A program made the translations under genes and the position numbers. From Eledone cirrhosa (Eukaryota): a DNA stretch of 64,000 nt. Under the pieces are notes generated by a model, which saw nothing but the letters and a program-made list of their open reading frames with translations, made no database searches and was not told the DNA's origin. The DNA is taken from assembly GCA_964016885.1 (NCBI GenBank), contig OZ024750.1, positions 32,488,001-32,552,000 on the forward strand, in the 5' to 3' direction. Numbering within the stretch: the first letter of the stretch is position 1; the number at the start of each line of letters is the position of its first letter. Positions 1 to 14,068 of this stretch are shown one piece after another.

Positions 1-150
1 TACTGCAAAAGACTGTGGTGGTAAGAATCTCTCAGGAAAGCTGGATAGAAGGTCTTTACAGAAGCAACCCTCACTCAAGTAAGTGCTTCAATCCTTATAT
101 ATATATATATATACATACATATATATATGTATATATATACATACGTATAT

Positions 151-405
151 ATGTGTTGTTTCCTTGAGCAAGACACTTTATTTCACATTGCTCCAGTTTA
201 CTCAGCTGTAGAAATGAGATGATAGGGACTGGGGTCCCTATCATTCCACTGCAAAGTGGTTGTGGAGGTGCCACGGCAAAAAAGCACCCAGCACTCACTG
301 TAAATGAGGTTGGTGTTAGGAAGGGCATCCAGCTGTAGAAATCAAGCCAGAATCAGTTCCTGTCCCACCCTTGCAAGCAGGGAAAAGCGGACGTAAAATG
401 ATGAA
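151..405 (+). mobile_element. SINE family B, 5'-truncated, nearly identical to the 23255 copy
   Basis: Collinear with 23330-23635, with one fewer internal repeat. Confidence 0.85.
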
Positions 406-889
406 AATATATATGATGGACTCTCCCATCATATTAAATTAATTAAGACCTTCATCAACAAAAGAAAGTCATGGGCTTACCGAATCCTTATTGTGTAACA
501 TAGTATGTCTTGTGTGTTACTGAAAACAGAAATATTTGTAAGTAATCTTTACCCTGGAAATAAAAAAATTACTTAATTCCTTAATTATAAAATCATAGTT
601 CCTTTATATCTATAAATAAATAAACTCGAAATTCTACTAAGTACAAAAATACTAAAAATGGTCCCTTGAAAATCAATGTAGAAATATAATGTTTAATATT
701 CATAAATCTGATCAAGACTGGTTAGCCTGTGACTCCACATCAATTTAAAATATTCAATCATGTTTCCATCCTCATGTGTCAATCCCCTCTTTAAATTTCT
801 GACGGTGTTTCAGTGTGTATATTTTGTATGCTTTATATTCATATACTGGTTCATAAATATGAACTACATTTAATGAATTATGTTACTCA

Positions 890-1530
890 TTTTGGCAAAA
901 GGCCAACAATTTTGGGAGAGGAAAAAGTCGATTAAATCAACCGTAGTGTGTTACTGGTACTTTATGTTATCGACCCTGAAAGAATGAAACGCAAAGCAAA
1001 CGCCAGCAAGATTTGAACTCAGAATGTAAAGCAATGTAACTATACGCTGCAAAGCATTTTGCTTAACATTCAACCGATATTGCTAATCCACCACCCGGTT
1101 TGTGGTAATAATAAGAATTTGTCTTCAAAGGATCACATGAGAGAGGAACAACTATAATGGGAGGTTGATGAATTACAAAGTGTCCACAAACGTTTTGACA
1201 AATTGTTTTTTATATATTATATGAAAGTGTTTAAACTGTTCTGAAAATGAAACAAAGAGAAATGATACATCCAGTTTCTTTTCATTCACAATGATAATGT
1301 CCATTAATCATTCTAATTACAAAAGTTTGTCTTCAGACACAATCTAATAATGATTTCTATTTTAGGCACAAGGTCAGCAATTTGAAGGGGAGAGGAAAGT
1401 CGGTTAAATCAACCCCAGTGTATTTATTTTATCGACCCTGTAAGTATGAAAGGCAAAGCTAACCTCCACAGGATTTGAACTCAGAATGTAATGGGCCATA
1501 ACTCTATGCTGCAAAGCATAGTGTCCGATG
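890..1530 (-). mobile_element. Two diverged family A SINE copies (about 890-1095 and 1352-1530)
   Basis: Reverse complements of the family A body (atcgaccc...atgaaa.gcaaag...gatttgaactcagaatg). Confidence 0.75.
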
Positions 1531-4500
1531 GTGGGAATAACATTACATTCTGCTCCAAAATTAGAGATTGTTTTGCTTTTATATAAACTAAAACAAAACA
1601 TTTTTAACTATATAGGGACATTTGACTCAATTGAAAAGTGTTTTCCTAAACATATTTAGATATGTAACCTGGTTGATTTTCTTCTTACCAAAATTGTTAA
1701 TAACATTTTTTCTGCAGGTAATAACCTAGGTCCATTGATCTATCATGCTCAAAATAACTATGGTCTAATACCAGGTCTAATACCCCTTTACAATTTAAAC
1801 CCGCCATATCTGGCCAGAATTCTCTAACCTCTTTCTGTTCAAACCAGCTGTAATCAGTCGCTTATACTGATGTTAAGGTATTGTTCTCAATATAAATATT
1901 ATCAAAATGTCATAGCTTTCATATTATGTAAGAAAATTATGTGAGGTCAAGCCTTTATTGTGAAAATATAATAGTATATATAGAGTAATGTAAATGTTCA
2001 TAGCTGTTATAGTTCAAGATATAAAACATCAGTATCATAATTAATTTAATTAGTATGACAATTAATTATTCAATTTTTTGAAATTTTCTCCTTTTTTTTC
2101 CTTCAGAGTTTGTAACATTTAACACTAGGTGATTGTTTTCTATCAACAACTAATTGTCAAATTTCACTTCATTAAGTATTACTTGCATATATCATCCAGT
2201 ACATCAACACGTATTTCATTTAACTATATTTATGCCATTTTCCCACTTGGGATATTTTCCATTCTTGATCTTTTTTATAATTATGTCAATTTTCGGAAAT
2301 GTCAAATCCAAAATATTTATTTTAATGTTAAATATGAGTTAAAAAGAAAATGATGCATTTATTATTAATTAACATTTCTGAAATGTTCTCTACAGTCATG
2401 CTAATCCGTATTTGTTTTGTGTTTTTATTTACCATTAGCTTGCTTTTGTTTAAAATCTCTACCTTTTGCAAAATGTCAATTTTTGATGGTATTAACAGAA
2501 TTTAAATTGAAAATAATCCTACAAAACAGTGAAAAAGAACAGAATGGTGTTTCTTAGAGGAAAGTTGCAAAAGAAACTTAAAAAACATATTCTTAAGTAA
2601 ACACTTGTCAAAGACTAATATAAATTAACAAAAAGAAGAACTATTGAGCATTTAAACAATCAAATCCTTATTAATTATTAAAAGCACTATTTTATAAATA
2701 CCATTGGGAATAAAATAGCAATAAATATATATTTTTACATGTTTAAAAAAAAAAAGATGAAATTCTTCCTTCCATTTCACATTTCATACAGTGGCTGAGA
2801 GGCAAACTGTGTTAGATTACTGACCCAAATTCCATCACATGAAGTTGTCAGCAGGAGTAACATTCTCTCTTTAATCTATTTATCCTTTCTTTTATTTGTT
2901 TCAATTAATCTATTTGAATTATATTTTCACTTTCCATTTGCATGTTTACTATTAAGATATGTATTTAAACAGTCTTACATTTTCAAAAAAAATCTGATCA
3001 ATGTAATTATGAAAGGATGGATGCAACACAAATGAAATAATCACTATAAAAGCATTAGTTTGATCTTACTGGTCCTATGACAGGTTGCAATATATGTAGA
3101 AAGTCATATGAGATGATTTATGTAATCTAGTTTAACAGTTTAGCTGTGTATATACAATTCATATTTAAATAACATTTACTCTTATCTTGTGACTTTTCTG
3201 TGATACTTGTTATATATATAATTATTTGTGACAATCAACTTAAAATGTGTCATGGATATGTTGGTGATCTACACAATAAATGCATCCAATATACATTGTA
3301 AAGTAGTTGGTGATAGGAACAGCATTCGGCTATAGAATGTTACCAAAGGATTCCAAGGCTCCTTCAATTGCTTCAAAGACATCACGATCTTTCTTGGTCA
3401 AGTACCAAAATAAAATGCTTTCAGTAGAACATCGGATCGTATGTGAGCAATATGTGGACGACCAGCCTGTCTGGGTGGTCAGAAGATCTGCTTCAGTATG
3501 GACTCAGTTAAAGATAAATCAATACCTTGCTAGCAGGGAAAGTAGACGTTAAATCATGATGATGATGATGATATTCATTTAACTATCAAATAAAAATTGA
3601 AAAATATAACTGTATTTCTACATGCTAATTTTCCATTGTCATAAGTATAGGATGTAAGCAAAATCAAATTACGAAAATAATGGTTCAAATAAAATTTTCC
3701 TTGCATTTTATTTAGTCACTATTTGTATCATTTTCATGTTTAAAATGTTTCTTTCTCGACATCATTATCTTTTATCTATTCAAGCACAATAAAATATTTA
3801 TTAGTAATATATGGCTACTTATTTGATTGTCCTTGAAGTAATAAATATTTCAAATGACCGATTTTCTTGGAAGAAAATCATTATTTGTAAAATTATGAGA
3901 TTTCTTATTAACTTCAGTTTTAACTACTGAAAGTGGTTCTTTCAAAATTTATATTTACCTAATAAATCAGGACAGTAGGAAGCTAAATATGTGTGCACTG
4001 GAGTTTGAAGTTTTGAATGAAATTATCCTAAACTGTAGAGGTTATATCAATACATTAATAATATTCTATTCATATAAACAAAAGAAATTGTATTTCTTTC
4101 TTAATGTAAGTTGATTTTACAACTCCTGCTAAAGAAACTTGATTCAATATCAAATATTAATAGAAGTCATAAGCTGAAAGAACAGAAAACAAAACATGTT
4201 ATAAAAACAGAGAAAAACACGAGCCTAAAGAGATTCAATATAAAGAAAAATAAATGCTTCATCCATTAATGTGCAGCTATTCCAAAGAACTTAGTTTTTC
4301 TAAAAATTATGCTTCATTTTTTTCTCATACAAAAGTAGAGAAAATAGTAATATATGTTTAAAGGAAAGATACTCTCGTACAAAAGAGGAGAAAATAGTGA
4401 TATATCTTTGAAGGAAAGACACTCTGTTGAGTTACTTCATTTCTCCAACTTTTTACCTAAATACGTATTACTTTGCATATAAGAAATCACAATTTAGTCC

Positions 4501-5002
4501 CCCCCCCCTCTTTTTTTAGATAGGGTCTCCTTTATACAGATAAAGAAACTATAATTATTTATCAGAGAGTAGTAATTTTTTTGTGCTTTAAAAGAGAAAT
4601 GGTCTAACGTGCACACATACACAACACACCATATGCACAACACTAACACACAATACACACACATTGTATTGTTTATATCAGCAGAATTGTGTTTGTTTTC
4701 ATGAATATGTATACATAACGATATACACGTTTAAGATATGTGTGTGTATGATTGTAACACTATTCTGTATATGTATGTATGCATATATGTATTATGTATG
4801 TATGTATTTATGTATGTATGTAGGTAGGTAGGGACATAGGTATATAGGTATGTATTATTATGCACGAATACAACAACCAATGCCAGCATAGAAAAACAGA
4901 TGTAAAATAATGATGATGATGATGATTATGGTGATAATACACAAATCTCTCTTTATCTAAACATACAGACACACAGGCACAAGCATATCATCATCATTAT
5001 TT

Positions 5003-5190
5003 GTGGATTGGCAGTATCGGTAGAGGGTCGGGTGCCATTCTTTGACGTATGGAGTTACGGCCCTTGCCATTCTGAGTTCAAATCCCGCCGAGGTTAACTT
5101 TGCCTTTCATCCTTACGGGGTTGATAAAATAAAGTACCAGTAATACACTGGGTAATTGCTGGCCTTGTGCCAAAAGTAGAAACAATTATA
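5003..5190 (+). mobile_element. SINE family A, about 185 bp (Meta-domain-like centre)
   Basis: ggattggcagtatcggtagag (A box), gagttcaaatccc (B box), gttaactttgcctttcatccttacggggt.gataaaataaagtaccag, and the end ggccttgtgccaaaagtagaaacaatta. Confidence 0.85.
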
Positions 5191-5315
5191 TTTAACATCC
5201 ATACTCCCTACTAGCAAATATTGAATGTATCATCATTACTGACTGCTCAGATGGACTTGAGTTGGAGGCATGTTTCGTTTATAATCCCACACTCTGCAGA
5301 GTTTACCAGATGCCT

Positions 5316-5597
5316 TGAAGGACAGAAATCAGCAGCTCGATGTGTGTTGACTTGAAGAATTGGTAGGAAGGGAGAAATAGAATGGATGAGAAGGGATCAC
5401 AAACATTAAAGTACCCTCATCAGAGTTCAGACCACCTGCAGTTTCAACGATTTACCTGAAATCGTTGAAACTGCAGGTGGTCTGAACTCTGATGAGCATA
5501 TTTTAATGTTTGTGATCTCCTCTCATCCATTCTATTTCTCCCTTCCTATCATTTATTCGAGTCAAATCACATCGAGCCGCTGCTTTGTGTCCTTCAA
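5316..5597. repeat. Long palindrome, arms of about 138 bp, centre near 5455
   Basis: The inner 38 bp are perfect (ctcatcagagttcagaccacctgcagtttcaacgattt and its reverse complement); the outer arms are diverged. Confidence 0.95.
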
Positions 5598-5723
5598 TGT
5601 AATGTTTTACCCCATCGGTGTCTTGACTCTTTTCCTATTACCCACTTTACTACCATAAGTATTGAGTACTCTGGTGCATTATGGTCCACCTCGTATCTTA
5701 CAACACACTCTTTATTATATATG

Positions 5724-5755
<32 letters not shown>

Positions 5756-6149
5756 CACATATATATACATATATATATGTAGAGAGAGATAGATAGATAG
5801 ATATACATATCTATATACATATGTATACACACAAATGTATATATATTTTGTTTTTTTTATAGTTACCTCCATTTAAATTATTTGAAGGATTTGTCTATTT
5901 AGAGTTACATTGGAGATTACCTGCCCTTGTAAAACTCTTCTGTATTTTCTAAAGACTTCAAAATGTCTGAGATGTAGGTAGCCATTTTTGTTTATAAAAC
6001 ATGCTGAATGAGTTGGGGTGTATAACCCAATGAAACCTAAGTACCTGTATATGTCACTGTTGTAACTAATTATACATACATATATATATATGTGTTATCT
6101 TTTTGTGAGCAATGCTAGTGCAGTTGACCATGTGATGCTCATACAGAAC

Positions 6150-6180
<31 letters not shown>

Positions 6181-6184
<4 letters not shown>

Positions 6185-6380
6185 TCTAAAGTCTGTCTTA
6201 AGCCAGAAGGCTCATTTGGCCGGTGCTTATCCCGGTTTCATGGCGTGAAGCGACTGAGAGTACAAGACTCCCCCCTGGACAGGGTTAAATCTCCAGCTAT
6301 TGCTGGTACTCATTTTCAGCTGAGCATACTGGAACAACGTGAAATGAAGTGTTTTGCTCAAGAACACAACACGCAACCCA
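6181..6380 (-). mobile_element. SINE family C (CORE-like domain plus Nin/Deu-like 3' part)
   Basis: Minus strand: ttgtgttcttgagcaaaacacttcatttcacgttgttccag...ccaggggggagtcttgtactctcagtcgcttcacgccatgaaaccgggataagc...(agacttt)n. The domain names are from recalled resemblance. Confidence 0.7.
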
Positions 6381-6839
6381 GGAATCTCTTGTCAGTATTG
6401 GCACATGAGAGAGTCCAGCAGGTTTAGTTTTGTCAAGTTGCCGATACCGATGTCAGCCATGACAATTAAGTCCTCCAAAGACTTGTAAACATGGCCACAT
6501 AATTCAAGGTAGTTGGTAATAATCAAAATGATTTAGTCCTTCCTCTTGTCTCCGTCAGCTGTTGGTGAAATCCTATTCTCTTTACCTTTATACTCTTACT
6601 AGTGGGCCTGTTGCTTGTGGTGCGTTTGTGTTGTAAAATATAATGATAATGGCATTGAAAAGAAAATAAAGAGATAGGGATCAAAAAAGAGAAATGGAAA
6701 AAAGATCAAGAAGGAATTCAAAACAGTTAAAATAGATAAAAGGAGAAAAATGACTACTGCCGATATAGTATAACACACATTAGTAAAAAGCATGCTTGAC
6801 AATATAGTAATGAGAATTGATTTTCTACGTTGCTACTAT

Positions 6840-6995
6840 GAATCAAGAAAGAAGCATGGAATTCTCTATTGAGGTTTACATTAAGACCTGAAATGTTCAA
6901 CCATAAATAATATGTGAGCATCTTTCCATAAACATTTTACTAAATGTCTTTTTTTTTGCTTTATATTGTAAAAATCTCAGAAGGGTCTTCAGAGC
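6840..6995 (+). repeat. Direct repeat of about 155 bp; second copy at 9245-9430
   Basis: gaatcaagaaagaa.catggaattct...ccataaataatatgtgagcatctttccataaacattttacta is present in both. Confidence 0.9.
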
Positions 6996-9733
6996 CTATG
7001 TTTAAAGTAAATGAAAAATGCATTTCCACCTATATAGCAGATTGATTGATCACTGATAAAGTTCTGGTATCCTGCTCTTTTGAATCAATGACACACATAT
7101 TTGGTAATTTCTCTTTTAAACCTAACTAATAATGAATAAGTGAACAGTATTTATTGACAGTATAGTAAGGTACATAAAAGACAATCGCTAAATTTACTGT
7201 GATTTCATATCTTTTGCTCTTTATATTAATTTACTTGCAATTATATTTTATATAATTGCGAAAGTCACAGTTAGAAAGAAGTCACAAGCTGTGATTTATG
7301 TTGGTAATTCCAAATAAAGATAGATATTCTCCTGTTATATTAAAATATCAATATTTCAAGAATATATGTAACTAAGGATACAAAAGAGAATGAAATAGAG
7401 AGAGAGAGGGGGATGGCTGCATTTGTTAATCAAAGAACTAATTAAAAATACTGAATAATAAGAAAAATTGTTCGTTTTCATTTATAATTTGTTACTAAGA
7501 AAGTCAAAGTATATGAACCAATAATTCAATTACAAATTAATTTATAGACATATAATTAACACAATATTCATTTATCGTAATATTTTTTAAACTTATTTAA
7601 TCATCTATGAGTAAAAAACTAAATTTAGGTAGAAAATTGAATCCAGGATTCTGTTTGTAATAGGTTTCAAACTGAACAGTTCTTCCAAAAAGAAAAGACA
7701 CTTGCTATATTTAACATTAATACACATGAATAGATTTACTTATTTCATGTATAAGTTTGTATTTTTATTGTTAAACTTATTTGTAATTCTTTTAAATATT
7801 TCCATTTATTTCCATTAACCTATTCCAAGCATTATCATCTTCACTTTATGTATTATTTGTTTAACACATCTGTCACAATTTCTTTCACAGCAATTGTTGC
7901 TGTTATTTATCTCCAGATTTATTTTGATCCAAAATAATCAAAACTGTTTCTGCTGTGATCAGCTAGGTATTTATTATTTAGACATAATGTAAAATGGACA
8001 ACATTATCCAATGTATCTTTCTTTCTTTTAAGGTATAACAAATAACATTAGAAGTTTGATCAAGTCACTTTTTAGAAACTTTCTTGTTGACTCACTTTGT
8101 TTAACTGTTGTAAATATTTCTAAATGATAATATGTACTTAATGATAGTGGTTCTTTAAAGATATTTCCCTGAATTAATAAAACATGTATTTTGTGGCTTG
8201 ACACGTTTATCTAGTATAAACTAAAACAATAGAGACACTTATAATTTTGTCTTTTCATAATTAGTGATATCAACTGTTATGTTAGTTTAAGCTATCCACA
8301 AAGAACAACAGCCAGCTATATAAGGGTACTTGTGTTATGAGTGGAATGAATATTTTCTTTCTCTCTTTTAAAAACGTTTGAAAATATATTTAGATAAACA
8401 ACTGAGTTGACATAATAGAAACAAAATAATAAAATAGATTTTTTTTCTTGTTTTGTTTTCAAAGAAACAAATATGTCAACTATAACTGAAAATATATGAG
8501 AGGAAATATTCTTAGAGAAGCAGCATTCCTTTTATTCACAAATAACTAACAACACAGTAACAAAGAAAAGAACAAAAACAATGGAAAAAATATGATATTT
8601 ACAACAAAAATTCTTTTATATTATGGATTTTTATTCAACAAATTTGTTCATTTTTCCAAGATTTACATGTATAACAAATAACATTAGAAAGATCTACAAA
8701 ACACATAAATGACTGGAAATGATTTCTGGATGAATTTAAGTTAAACAAACACCAGATCCATAAATGTAACAAAAACAAATTTTTATCCATGAAATAAAAA
8801 AAAAAAACATCTCATGAAAATTCAAGATAAGAAAATAATTTTATAAAATGTCAATTAATGTTCAAAGAATTATTAAAATTACAAAACTTCAGACACATAA
8901 TTGGATATAGGACAATCCTTTTGATTGTATGGATGAATTAAATATTAAAATATTAAATCATTGTCAATACATCAGAACAGTATAATTAAAGAAGAACTGT
9001 TCGAATATGATAAGAAAAAACTTGCAAGGAGTTAATAGATTTTAATCAACCAAAATGTACATAATACTGAAACAGAGAAATGGAGATTCTTATTGATTGA
9101 AAAACAGAAAATGACAGTCTGGAATGTCATATTAAAAAAAAAACCTAAAACATCGGAAATTATGAGGTACATCATCTAAATCTATGAAATGTCATTTTAA
9201 ATCTATGAAATGTCATTTTTTAACAAATATTATTTTATTACATAGAATCAAGAAAGAAACATGGAATTCTTTATTGAGTTCTATATTAAGACCTGAAATT
9301 TTCAGCCATAAATAATATGTGAGCATCTTTCCATAAACATTTTACTACATGATTTTTTTATTCTTTGCTTTATATTGTAAAAATCCCAGGAAGAGTCATC
9401 TCTCTTCAGGAAGCCTAAAGGGTCTTCTTACATCATTAGTTTTGACTCTATTCTCAAATATCTTATCCAGAGTTTTTGAGACAATATGAATTGTGTAATG
9501 TATATGACAAGTTGTTTTAGACATTTATCTACGAATTTGGAACTAGATTCAACAAAACTCTCACAATCAGGGAAATATGATTGCACAAATTTTACGTATT
9601 GATTAGGGGTAGGGGTTCACTTTTAACTATTTATTCTTTTGTTTAATTGGAACATATGCACAAAAATATATCTATCATTTTTAATTCAATTCCCTGATAT
9701 TTTCATTAAATAGAGGTGGTGCACACACACATG

Positions 9734-9816
<83 letters not shown>

Positions 9817-12159
9817 GGATAGATAGATATAGATACATAGATAGATATAGATATATATATATGTGAGCATGTATATATATATACATATACATATTTTTAT
9901 ATTTATATAAAGTTATATATGTGTGTGGGTGTACGTGTGTGTGTACGTGTGTGCTTATATACACAGAGATATGTGTATCTATGAAGAAACATAAAATTTG
10001 AAATAAAAATCTGAGACAATGTTACAGAGTTAGAATTCATATCACAGACTATTAAAAGCAATATATAAAGTCACATATAAGTTGCGTATTAGTGCATTTC
10101 AAGATGGTTTCTAATCTATTTAGAAAAGTTTGAATTAATATTTAAATATACTATGAAAGCATATAAAAAATTTGAATCACCCAATCTAAAATTATATTGA
10201 AATATTAAGAAGAATATGTTTAAAATGAAAGAAGATATAAAAACAACACTATATTGAAACTATGGAAAGATGTCTTACAAAATATAGAAGTGTTCAAAAT
10301 ACACTGAAAGACAACAATTAAGGAATCTGGGGTCTTTCAGAATAAAGAGATACTGAGCAGAAAATTTCTTAGCCAGCTTTTATGGTATATATATTTACAA
10401 AAGTTGCTAAGTGCTAAGTGTTTCATAAATATCAAAGAAGACCAATAAGATTGCTATCAACTATCTAAATCCTCTATAATTTACAACATAGAGCAAATAC
10501 TAAAGAATAATAACAAAGAGAAAAAAACAGTTAGCAAAGGGTGTCTTTTTATTTGGTTATTAATTTACTGAATTGTAAATAGCTAAACCTTAGAACACCT
10601 TCAATTAATAAATACTTTAGAATTAGTGGTAGTATTTAATATATAACAGGAATAATTCCTCCAATATGAAAGAACATGAAGAGACAAACAGAAAAATAAA
10701 TAGAAATGTATTATTATATCAGGAACTTTGTACAAAATATATATTAACTGCTACCAAAATGTGACCTGAAAATTCTACACTATTCAAGACTGATTTGCAA
10801 AGACAAAAACATTTATATATTAATAATATCAAAATGAATTTATGCTCTATTCCAAAGTAAATGCAATCATTATGAAATCTAGAGTTTGAAACTATAGTTG
10901 CTAAAATGCAAATAACTATAGTAGTTGCATGCAAAATGTCAAGAAATATGGTTGAATACCCTTGGAGATGGGAAAAGATGGAAAGAAATACGTGGTTTGA
11001 TTCCCTGCAGGTATCTCTCTCCACTTTGTCCATCTCCAATTGTACTTTACCCAATTTATTAAGCTACTAACTACAGTTATCAACTATTATAATTATCTGC
11101 ATTGTCACTACTACATTTTCAAATTTCAAATTTCCCTAATGTTTTGTAATACAATCACATCTTGTTTAATAAGAAATCTATTTAAAAACTTCTAAAATTC
11201 CTATTTAATTTTTTACAAGTCGTCACTCAAAATGTCTCCTTTGTTTGCATTCATACATATTTCATTCTAATCTATTGTATTTCATTAAGGAAAAACAGCT
11301 TTCTCTATAATGAAATTTAATAATAATTCAGCATGTAGCATCAAATTTGTTTTGTAAGATATAATCATATATGCAATCATAAATACATTTAGCCTTCTGC
11401 TTATATAATAACACAATAGCATATCTTAACATATAAAATCACAAACAAACACATGCATATATGAATATGTATTCTTCAATATTCAAACACAGCTAAACAA
11501 ATTTCAGTTTTGACAAATATTTTCAACATAAATATATATTTTTTTATATATTAGTATCCCTGAAACTAGAATAACAATTAATTTTGTCAACCTAATCATT
11601 ACAGCACCATTAATATTATGTGTCTATTTTCTTATGATCAGAACAGGTTTATGATACTGTGATATCTAACACAGAATGTTCTTCCTTCTTCTGATGGAAG
11701 GTATATTAAATATTTAGAAGATAGTTCTCTTAGAGTGGTGAGCTGAAGGAGGAGAAAGAGTGCTTAGATAAAACCTTGGAGATGGGGTTTTTAAGTCTAG
11801 TTAGTTTAGCATTGTGCTATCTGTTTTGATACCAAATTAAATCAGTTACAATCTTTGATACAAATTATTTAGGGAGCTTCTATAAAGTTACAAAAACGTT
11901 TTATAACATACATCAGCCAAATCTTCCATTACAAATTAACTGCTACTGTTAAAGTATTTTGTTTAGTAGTAACACAAATACATATCTTTTTTTACAATAA
12001 TATAATAGAATTCATGAAAGGTATATTTATTTTATTACGACATTTTTGCAACTGAAATATATAAAATCTTTTTACTTCAACACAATTTTTTTTAAAATAT
12101 TATTTAAGTGAAAATTCTTGTAATATTAGATGACTAAAAAAATTCAAGCCTTATTAACA

Positions 12160-12759
12160 CTAGCAGAAAAACCACCATTCGGGTGGTTTTTCTGCTAGCA
12201 TGTGTAGTGTGTATATCGATATTATACGCAAGTATATATACATGTAGATATGATACATCAGATAAAATCGTAATTGACAATATAAACAGAAATTGAACGA
12301 AGACGTTGTTACACTGTCTTATGTAATCAGTAAAGTAATTCATGATACATTAAAAAAAGATGATATTATATATAAACTGCATTAGGAGAAAATTAGTGAC
12401 AGAAAATTAGTATGTTTATTTAAGTGATCGCCACCGGAAGTGTTGACATCACACACTCTCTCTTTCTATATATATGGTAGTGGAAGTGGTGGTGGTGGTA
12501 GCAACGATATACAAGAAGTGCAACTTTGAAAAGGTGTCAATTTTAAATTATTTATTTTTACGAAATTATTTTTCTTTACGAAATTTAGTAGATAAATTAT
12601 GTAATATTCAGTCATTATTTATTCAAAGTAATTTTTTTTTATCCCGTTAGTAAAATAAGTTGGATTATTTATTCAAAGTAATCCAACTTATTTTACTAAC
12701 GGGATAAAAAAAAATAAACCGTACGCAGTCCCGCAGACCTTCCTTTATTATAGTTTAGA
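12160..12759 (-). mobile_element. Non-autonomous Helitron-like element (600 bp)
   Basis: The minus strand begins A|TCTAAACTATAATAAA and ends CTAG|T. There is a terminal hairpin ctagcagaaaaaccacc-attcg-ggtggtttttctgctag, no TSD, and an internal palindrome at 12632-12714. Confidence 0.65.
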
Positions 12760-13120
12760 TACTTCAAAATAAAGATAAAAGGAATTGCTAGAAACAAACT
12801 AAAATAAAAACTGTTACATCTGTAGGCCTGGAATTAGCAATTTCAATACAAGCAGATGGTCAACCACGAGTATTTTTAGTGAAACAATTTTACTTATTTC
12901 ACTAATACCCGTGGAAAGGGCATAAAGTCACAATTCTCAGTATGCCACCTGCTGAAGTCAATCATTTGGATCATCCAGATTTGAACAGTTTTGATAACAA
13001 AGAATCAGGCCATTAACCATGTTCATCAGACTAGTAGTTTTGGGTAAACAAATCATATTTTATATTGAGAAATGTTGGCTTAAGGATTTACACCCTACCA
13101 TTACATCACTTAGTTGTATG

Positions 13121-13311
13121 CAGACCTGCCAATTCTCCCCATTGGACAGGGAGATCTCCCACCCACTTTGAGGTGGGTGAGAGATGTCTTCTCTTGTGAA
13201 AATGGGTATAGCATTCATTATGTAAAATCTACCCATTTTCGTCTCATTTCTTTAATTGTGGGACACCTTTTTTTCATTGTACACCCTGTTTGGATTTTTA
13301 GGGCAGGTGTG
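13121..13311. mobile_element. Possible old MITE
   Basis: cagacctgcc...ggcaggtgtg imperfect termini and an internal hairpin tctcccacccac-tttga-ggtgggtgaga. Confidence 0.3.
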
Positions 13312-13581
13312 TGTATGCCATAAGCTTGCCAACTAGGGTTATTCAACAATATATCTACATTAGTGTATCTTATAGTTATATAATTCCACCACCACTATCA
13401 CCACTATCACCACTATCACCACTAGCTATAAGCCACTATACTATGAGTTACTATTTTTACAAATATTTTAACATGATCCTGAATTATAATTTATAAACAT
13501 CAAAACAATGTTCACCATAATATATATATATATTTATGATATGTGTATATATACATATATATATATGATATACACATATAA

Positions 13582-13622
<41 letters not shown>

Positions 13623-13954
13623 GTGTGTGTGTGTGTGTATATATATGTGTGCATGTGCATGGAAGGAACTTGCAACTGAGAAAGACCAAGGAACACATAG
13701 AAATGATGAAAGCTGACCCCTATGAGTGATGAAAAATGATCATAACAAGTGTGTTAGAGAAAATCAATCCAACTCATGCAAACATGTAACATAATGGTGA
13801 AGATGTTGACAATGATTTATTCTTTTAGAATGATCAAAAAGATCCAAGACCTGACCCACTAACCAAGTGGTGTGGAACTCATCAAATCAGACTAAGGAAA
13901 CAATAATTCCATTGCTGGTACTATATAGCTGTTGCAACTATTGGCAGAAAGGGC

Positions 13955-14068
13955 ATTGTGAAATATAGTGTCTTGCTCAAGGACATAATGCATTGCCAAC
14001 TCCAGGAATTGAGCTTGCAGTCTCATGATTGCAAATCCAATTATCTAACCACTAAGCCATGTGCCTTG
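13955..14068 (-). mobile_element. tRNA-derived SINE head plus CORE-like segment
   Basis: Minus strand: ggcacatggcttagtggttaga...ctcaattcc...gtccttgagcaagacact. Confidence 0.7.

Noticed and set aside
5466-5497. GAAA...GTC...CTGATGAG as an intact permuted hammerhead
   Set aside because: Only 6 nt separate GUC and CUGAUGA, so stem I cannot form, and there is no stem II partner downstream.
10719-11054. 111-aa minus-strand ORF
   Set aside because: It has a non-ATG start, no recognisable domain and no in-phase splice support.
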